Positions 58,333-64,000 of a DNA stretch of 64,000 nt are shown piece after piece. Position numbers and translations under genes: made by a program. Origin of the DNA: an uncultured Planctomycetales bacterium (GTDB taxonomy: Bacteria; Omnitrophota; Gorgyraeia; Zapsychrales; GWA2-47-8); NCBI GenBank assembly GCA_964359575.1, contig CAYHTV010000001.1, positions 5,547-69,546 of the forward strand, read 5' to 3'. The first letter of the stretch is position 1. Every line of letters begins with the position of its first letter. The notes beneath the pieces were generated by a model, which ran no database searches, was not told the DNA's origin, and was given only the letters and a program-made list of their open reading frames with translations.

Positions 58333-58836
58333 ATGAAAGAACCGTATCTGTGTATCGCCAACGATGTGAAGCTGGGAAAGAATGTGAAGCTTTCCAAATT
58401 TATTAATTTGTACGGCTGCACCATTCAAGACAATACAAAAATAGGCGCTTTCGTGGAAATCCAAAAAGGCGCGGTCATCGGAAAAAATTGCAAAATTTCG
58501 TCGCACACGTTTATTTGCGAGGGCGTTACCATCGGGGAAGGGTCTTTTGTCGGGCATGCGGTGGTATTTATCAATGACAATCATCCGCGCGCAGTCAATC
58601 GTTGGGGAATTTTAGAGAATGAAAAGGAATGGAAACCCCGCTTTGTGAAAACCAAAATCGGAGAGCAGGTTTCGATCGGCAGCAATGTCACAATTTTGGG
58701 AGGGATCATGATTGGCGATGGTGCTGTGGTTGGTGCCGGATGTGTTGTCACAAAGAATATCCCGGCCGGCGAGGTCTGGGTCGGCAATCCCGCGCGCTTT
58801 TTGCGGAAGGTTGAGAAAAAAAATCTGCACATTTAA
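58333..58836 (+). CDS. Hexapeptide-repeat sugar N-acetyltransferase
   Basis: NLYGC.I...KIG.FVEIQ, SSHTFICEGV, GAG.VVTK, GNPAR. Confidence 0.88.
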   Translation: MKEPYLCIANDVKLGKNVKLSKFINLYGCTIQDNTKIGAFVEIQKGAVIGKNCKISSHTFICEGVTIGEGSFVGHAVVFINDNHPRAVNRWGILENEKEWKPRFVKTKIGEQVSIGSNVTILGGIMIGDGAVVGAGCVVTKNIPAGEVWVGNPARFLRKVEKKNLHI

Positions 58837-58978
58837 AATCTCCTTGTCATTTTGCCAGGGTGGGCGTATACTTGTTTTCCAGATGATGGCCACCATGTCA
58901 GAAATCAATTTGCCACCCAGGGGCCTTCAGACATAAAATTTATCAGAAATACACATTTGAAAAAGGAGTAATGAAGAA

Positions 58979-60028
58979 ATGAGCTGGGATGCACAAAGTA
59001 CTGTCACTGAAATGCGCCGTGGTTTAAGAATTAAAGAGAGTTTGCCAGTCAGATGGTCCACTCCCGAAGGTGAAACAGGCGAGGGAAAAATATTAAATAT
59101 TAGCACCTCGGGCCTGCTCTTAGATACCAATAAAGATTTTTCTCCGGTCGAGCAGGCCAGATTTTCTTTAGAATCACTGGGACTTAGCAATGGCCATTTC
59201 CTTCCTCAAGAGGGGCGCCTCGTTTGGTCCAAGAGCCAAGGAGCACGCAATAATCGTTTGTGTGGAATTGAGTTTGTCCAGCCGGAAGAGAAGGTCGTCT
59301 CTCACTTGCGCGAAAGAGTGCAAAACGGAATTACCAAAGCCGCCAATACCCGCCGCGTTCACAGCATTATCGGAACCATCCTGTTTATCATCATGACTGG
59401 CTTAACAATTTTTTCTCTCTATCAGTACAATAAAAATTATCGTAATATTGACCAAACCAATCAGGCATTAACCAGCGCGTACGAACAGCAAGCGGCTTTG
59501 TCAAAATATTATGCGGATGAAGTGGCATCCACCAAAATTTTATTGGCCCAAGCGGAAAAAGATTTGGAAGAAGCCAAACAGGACAATGACCAGCTTAAGA
59601 ACTTAGTCAGCGCGCGCGATAATGAAATTACTCAAAATAAAATTGTGATTGAGCAGCTTAAGAACTTAGTCAGCGCGCGCGATAATGAAATTACTCAAAA
59701 TAAAATTGTGATTGAACAGCTTAACACGGAAATTCAGACGATTAAGGAACGGCTGCGTATTTTAGAAGGTGATGTGGTGAATCTCGATGAAGGCCGCTCA
59801 ACGGTGGCCCTTTATAAGCAAAAGGTTCATAAAGTTAAAGGAAAAATTCATGAATTTAAGGAGCAGGCCCACGCCGCCAGAGTCGCCGCTCAAAAAGAGC
59901 GAGACCGCATAGCAGTCGCCTTAGGCAATAACGGTTATCTTATTAAAGGTGGAAAACCTTTTAACCCCAATTATTCCGCGGTTAAATCTCCCCAAAATAT
60001 CGAAATTAACGTTGAGTTTGTAAAGTAA
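58979..60028 (+). CDS. PilZ domain - TM - coiled-coil protein
   Basis: RRGLR (RxxxR), NISTSG, GRLVW, GIEF; one TM; long heptad region. Confidence 0.8.
   Translation: MSWDAQSTVTEMRRGLRIKESLPVRWSTPEGETGEGKILNISTSGLLLDTNKDFSPVEQARFSLESLGLSNGHFLPQEGRLVWSKSQGARNNRLCGIEFVQPEEKVVSHLRERVQNGITKAANTRRVHSIIGTILFIIMTGLTIFSLYQYNKNYRNIDQTNQALTSAYEQQAALSKYYADEVASTKILLAQAEKDLEEAKQDNDQLKNLVSARDNEITQNKIVIEQLKNLVSARDNEITQNKIVIEQLNTEIQTIKERLRILEGDVVNLDEGRSTVALYKQKVHKVKGKIHEFKEQAHAARVAAQKERDRIAVALGNNGYLIKGGKPFNPNYSAVKSPQNIEINVEFVK
59591..59724 (+). repeat. 63-bp in-frame tandem duplication
   Basis: QLKNLVSARDNEITQNKIVIE x2, essentially identical at the DNA level. Confidence 0.92.
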
Positions 60029-60150
60029 TTGAAGATTTATTTCCTCGTTTGAAAAAGGCAGATGGAAACAGTTGCCTTTTTTATTTCTATAAATATAATA
60101 AGCACGTGCCTTTATTTGAAGAATCCCGCCAGTTATTTTCCGTTTCGGGT

Positions 60151-60861
60151 ATGGCCATTCCATATACGCTGAGGCATTCGTCTAAGCGTCAAAGTCTAGC
60201 AATCAGAATTGAAGAGGATGGCGGGGTGCGCGTTTTGGCGCCGGCACGGTTGGATGAACCGGTGATTGAGCGTTTTCTGCAGCAAAAACATAATTGGATT
60301 CATAAAAAAGTTGGCCAGGCGAAAGCGCGTTTTCAATATCTTAGCCAGCGTGCTTTTAGCGATGGACAAGAGTTTCCGTTTTTGGGGCGAAAATTTAGAA
60401 TTACAATTGATAGAGCCAATATCGCGCGAGTTCAAGTGATTTTTGACGGCAGTCAATGGCTGATTCGCCTGCCGGAAGTTGAATCAGGCGAGCCGCACCG
60501 CACGCACATCCGGCCCAAAATGATTCAATGGTATCAGCAGCAGGCCAAAGAGATCATTGGCGGGCGCGTTTGGCATTACGCGCGGATTATGAATGTGCAG
60601 CCGCAGACAATTGCCATCCGAAATCAACGAAGGATTTGGGGGAGCTGTGATTACCGTAAAAAAAGTATTCGGTTGAATTGGCAGATTGTGATGACGCCGC
60701 TTTCGGTGATTGATTATGTTGTTGTTCATGAATTGTGCCATTTGGCGGTCCCCAACCATTCGCCGCGTTTCTGGAGAAAAGTCGCGCAGGTCATACCGGA
60801 TTATCTGCATCGGCAAAAATGGTTAAAAGACAATGCGTGGGAGTTGATCCTGCCCTCATGA
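60151..60861 (+). CDS. M48/YgjP (DUF45) family metallopeptidase-like protein
   Basis: WGSC, LNW, DYVVVHELCH...NHS..FW. Confidence 0.9.
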   Translation: MAIPYTLRHSSKRQSLAIRIEEDGGVRVLAPARLDEPVIERFLQQKHNWIHKKVGQAKARFQYLSQRAFSDGQEFPFLGRKFRITIDRANIARVQVIFDGSQWLIRLPEVESGEPHRTHIRPKMIQWYQQQAKEIIGGRVWHYARIMNVQPQTIAIRNQRRIWGSCDYRKKSIRLNWQIVMTPLSVIDYVVVHELCHLAVPNHSPRFWRKVAQVIPDYLHRQKWLKDNAWELILPS

Positions 60862-61139
60862 ACCTCGAAGTCAAAGTGATCCCGCAAGCCAGAAAGAATT
60901 CCATTATGGGCCTTTGTACAACCATTAGCAATAATTTTAAGAGAACAAAGCGACCTGCCTGATGAGCTCGTCTTATGACGAGCTCATCAGGCAGGAATAT
61001 TGACTACCTTCTGCTTTTAGTTAAGCAAAGGTCAATAAGAATATCCAGAGGAAATTAGGACTATCCCTATTTCCTCTGACGATATTAAGGAAAATAGGGG
61101 TTGAAATCCCGCAGGAAAACAATTATCATAAATGCCTAA
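60858..61139 (+). pseudogene. DUF167/YggU family gene disrupted by repeat insertions
   Basis: MNLEVKVIPQARKNSI at 60858 and GLKSRRKTIIINA* ending 61139 in the same frame; the middle is replaced by repeats containing stops. Confidence 0.65.
60905..61037 (-). mobile_element. Divergent MITE family A copy containing a CCTGCC...GGCAGG perfect hairpin
   Basis: TATGGGCCTTTGTACAAC...AATATTGACTACCT...CAAAGGTCAATA; 19-bp perfect stem at 60954-60995. Confidence 0.8.
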
Positions 61140-61188
61140 ATTAGCCATCAGCTATCGGTCGTCAGCCATCAGTAACCAAAAGTTTTTC

Positions 61189-61359
61189 ACAGCATAGAAA
61201 AGTATAAAACTTTCCTAGTACTAGCTGCTAAAAACTCCTCTCCTATGCAGGCCGACTTTCCTAAAGAATTAGAAGAAGTCGGCACAGTAATGGCTTCCTC
61301 TAAAATTTTAGGAAAGCCATACAGCAAAGAAGGTACGAACGAAGTGAGGAGTTTTCTTG
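61189..61359 (+). repeat. Element B copy with a module-C insertion (61251-61320), nested in a heptamer palindrome
   Basis: Matches 52696-52789 on both sides of the insertion; flanked by tcagc-type and gctga/ctaa-type 7-mers. Confidence 0.85.
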
Positions 61360-61399
61360 ACTGAACGCTAATGGCTGGAAGCTAAAATCGGAGGTTTAT

Positions 61400-61849
61400 A
61401 TGCTGCAAGACAAAATCGATCATGATTATAAAAAAGCGATGCTCGCCAGAGATCAATTGAAATCTTCCACGTTAAGTTTTTTAAGAGCGCAATTGAAGAA
61501 TGTGATCATTGATAAAAAAATGGATAAACTACCGGATGAAGAAGTAGTGGCGGTCATTAAAAAGCAGGTCAAGCAGCGGCAGGATTCGATTGAGCAATTT
61601 GCCAAAGGAGGACGCGCGGACTTGGTGGAAAAAGAAAAGGCAGAATGGAATATCCTTGTGAGCTATCTGCCGGCTGAGATGCCTGATGGAGAATTGAAAA
61701 GTGCTGTCGAGGGTGCGATTAGGGATGCGCAGGCGGCAGGCATGAAAGACATGGGAAAGGTTATGAAGGTTTTGCTGCCGCAGGTGGCGGGAAAGGCGGA
61801 CGGAAAACGGGTGAGCGATCTGGTCAAGGAGTTATTATCTAAGATGTAG
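61400..61849 (+). CDS. GatB/YqeY domain protein
   Basis: AM.ARD, KQ..DSIEQF.KGGR.DL..KE.AE..IL..YLP, KDMGKVM. Confidence 0.93.
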   Translation: MLQDKIDHDYKKAMLARDQLKSSTLSFLRAQLKNVIIDKKMDKLPDEEVVAVIKKQVKQRQDSIEQFAKGGRADLVEKEKAEWNILVSYLPAEMPDGELKSAVEGAIRDAQAAGMKDMGKVMKVLLPQVAGKADGKRVSDLVKELLSKM

Positions 61850-61891
61850 TTTTTGTGATTTTGTTTCATGGTGTCATGACAAAGGATCAAC

Positions 61892-62674
61892 ATGAAGAGG
61901 TTTTGGCTTATTGCATTTTCTCTGCTGCCTTTGATTGGTGGGTTGTCATTTTGGGTTTCCAATCAATACGTTGTCCCGGTCGTTATGTACCATAGCGTTC
62001 ATCAAGTCGCTACGCCGCATTTACAAAATGCCGTCACGACCAGCACGGATTCTCTTAAATATCATTTTGATTTTCTCAAGAAAAATAAATATGATGTTAT
62101 CACAGTGGAAGAATTAGTTGCTGGAATCAAGACGGGCAGGCATTTTTTGCACCGAACCATAGCGCTTACTTTTGATGACGGGTATGAAGACAATTATATA
62201 AATGCTTTTCCCTTGCTTAAAGAATATCAATTTCCCGCCGCGATATTTGTTGTTGCTAAATATATCGGTGAGAAGGAATATTTGAATTGGGATCAAGTCA
62301 TAGAAATGGTCAAAAGTGGCTGGGTGACAATTGGAAATCATTCGCACTCGCATGCCTATTTGCCGGGGGTCTTGCCGGATCAGCAGCATGAAGAAATTCT
62401 CAAGAGCAAGGAATTCTTAGAAAGAAAAATAGGACGCTCAGTTGATTATTTTAGTTATCCCGTGGGTGGATTTAACAAACAGATCATCGAAATTGTTCAG
62501 CGGGCGGGATACCAGGCCGCCTTTACAACCAATCGCGGCTATAATCGTTATAATAAGGATGTGTATTCCTTAAAGCGTATTCGCCTTTCGGATAAAGACA
62601 ACTCGGATATGATCCTGTGGTTTAAATTATCCGGATTTTATAATTTTTTTAGGGCCGAAAGACCTTCGGATTAA
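61892..62674 (+). CDS. Polysaccharide deacetylase (CE4)
   Basis: PVVMYH, TFDDGY, GNHSHSH, FSYP.G. Confidence 0.92.
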   Translation: MKRFWLIAFSLLPLIGGLSFWVSNQYVVPVVMYHSVHQVATPHLQNAVTTSTDSLKYHFDFLKKNKYDVITVEELVAGIKTGRHFLHRTIALTFDDGYEDNYINAFPLLKEYQFPAAIFVVAKYIGEKEYLNWDQVIEMVKSGWVTIGNHSHSHAYLPGVLPDQQHEEILKSKEFLERKIGRSVDYFSYPVGGFNKQIIEIVQRAGYQAAFTTNRGYNRYNKDVYSLKRIRLSDKDNSDMILWFKLSGFYNFFRAERPSD

Positions 62675-62695
62675 TCGACTTCGGCAGTCATAACA

Positions 62696-64000
62696 ATGCA
62701 CACAACGGCTGATATAAAATATTCCCTTGATGATCAAGGATGTTTTGTCATCGAGAATTATAATCGCGCAAAAGCGTTTAGTAATTTTTTTCCCGGCATT
62801 GCGGGATTGTGGGGGACTCCGATGTGGGTCTTTTATGTCAACCGCGGCCAGTGTATTTCGAGTTTCGGGATACAAGGGAAAGACAAATCCATCTTAGAAT
62901 TTCAGCCGGCCAATAAAGCCTACCGGTTAACCTCTCTGCAAGGCTTTCGAACATTTTTAAAATTAAAATCTGGCAGTAAGACGATTTTTTGGGAACCCTT
63001 TCAGAATCAATTCTGCGGGAGTCGTTTTAAAACAAAACAGAAGATGCGCATGACCTCGCATGATTTAACCATTGAAGAGGAAAATGCCTCGCTAGGATTG
63101 ACGATCCGTGTCAATTATTTCACCCTTGCGCAGGAGCCTTTGGCAGCTTTGGTCCGGCGCGTCACGCTTTTGAATTCTGGACGAAAAAAATGGAATGTTG
63201 AGATGATTGATGGACTTCCGGTGATTTTTCCATATGGTTTAAATGACTGGGCGGCCAAAAATATGTCCCGCACGGTTGAGGCCTGGGTCAATGTGCGTAA
63301 TCTTAAAAGAAAAGTTCCTTATTATCACTTGAAGGTCGAGGTAGCCGATACCCCACAGGTAAAACATATTAAGGAAGGAAATTTTTATTTCGCCTTTGAA
63401 CAAGGCAGCGCGAAAGCAAAATTGTTGGAACCGATCGTTGAGGCAGCGTGTGTCTTTGGGAGTTCTTTGGACTTTGTTCAGCCGGAAATATTTTTGAATA
63501 CTGGAAAATTTGAGGTACCGCGCACCCAGCAGACCAGCAACCGGACCCCAGCGGCGATGAGTTTTAGCCGTTTTTCATTGGCGCGGGGAATGAAGAAGGA
63601 TTTTATATCGGTTGCCGGTTTTGCTTATAACGAGACCCAGTTAAATCAATTTGTGGCAAAGGCCGTACGAAAAAAATTTATTGCCCAAAAGGCCGAGCAA
63701 AATAAAAATATTGTTAACGACATTAAACATTTTACTTTCACGCAGAGTTCTTCGCCACAGTTTGACCTCTATTGCCAGCAGACGTTCTTAGATAATATTT
63801 TGCGCGGCGGACTGCCGGTCTCACTAAAAACTCAAGAAGCGGCAGTTGTCTTTAACGTATTCAGCCGTAAGCACGGAGACTTAGAGCGCGATTACAATTG
63901 GTTTGTTCTTGCGCCGACATATTTTTCGCAGGGCAACGGCAATTACCGGGATGTCAACCAAAACCGGCGCAATGACGTTTGGTTTAATGCCGATGTGCGG
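62696..64000 (+). CDS. Glycoside phosphorylase, probably GH161 beta-1,3-glucan phosphorylase (partial, runs off the window)
   Basis: Not in the ORF track; translated by eye: FSNFFPGIAGLWGTPMWVFYVNRGQ...EFQPANKAY...SRKHGDLERDYN...QGNGNYRDVNQNRR. Confidence 0.7.
   Translation, partial: MHTTADIKYSLDDQGCFVIENYNRAKAFSNFFPGIAGLWGTPMWVFYVNRGQCISSFGIQGKDKSILEFQPANKAYRLTSLQGFRTFLKLKSGSKTIFWEPFQNQFCGSRFKTKQKMRMTSHDLTIEEENASLGLTIRVNYFTLAQEPLAALVRRVTLLNSGRKKWNVEMIDGLPVIFPYGLNDWAAKNMSRTVEAWVNVRNLKRKVPYYHLKVEVADTPQVKHIKEGNFYFAFEQGSAKAKLLEPIVEAACVFGSSLDFVQPEIFLNTGKFEVPRTQQTSNRTPAAMSFSRFSLARGMKKDFISVAGFAYNETQLNQFVAKAVRKKFIAQKAEQNKNIVNDIKHFTFTQSSSPQFDLYCQQTFLDNILRGGLPVSLKTQEAAVVFNVFSRKHGDLERDYNWFVLAPTYFSQGNGNYRDVNQNRRNDVWFNADVR

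Noticed and set aside
60954-60995. CTGATGAG followed by a stem, resembling a hammerhead ribozyme core
   Set aside because: No GAAA follows the stem; the motif is simply half of a perfect palindrome

Overview
A 64-kb, almost entirely + strand chromosomal segment from a moderately AT-rich diderm bacterium; gene content and style suggest Ca. Omnitrophota or a related PVC-type lineage (inference). Core genes include glgC, fabV, smc, dnaG-rpoD, two tRNAs, rnpB, yebC-ruvC-ruvA-scpB, pheA-hisC-aroF-tyrA-cmk, lepA-lepB, pgsA-plsY and pckA. Accessory content includes a membrane/TPR/radical-SAM glyco-modification cluster, a zincin + ATP-grasp operon and a thiol-redox/HTTM cluster. The most striking non-coding signal is a set of at least six families of small palindromic, apparently mobile elements, with no transposase in the window. 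(A) is a 103-bp TA-flanked MITE with 7 near-identical copies plus 1 variant. (B) is a 94-bp structured element, one copy of which is read in frame inside a protein. (C) is a double-hairpin module with a conserved apex (TTCCTCTAA..TTAGGAAA) and variable self-complementary stems, found inside element B, inside RNase P RNA and inside a destroyed DUF167 gene. The remaining families are heptamer-array palindromes and REP/RPE-like hairpins. These elements nest inside each other at 60.9-61.4 kb. Also notable are an Smc with a strongly reduced hinge encoded directly behind an acyl carrier protein, and an RNase P RNA that overlaps rnhA and appears to lack P13/P14. All calls were made by eye; no database searches were run.
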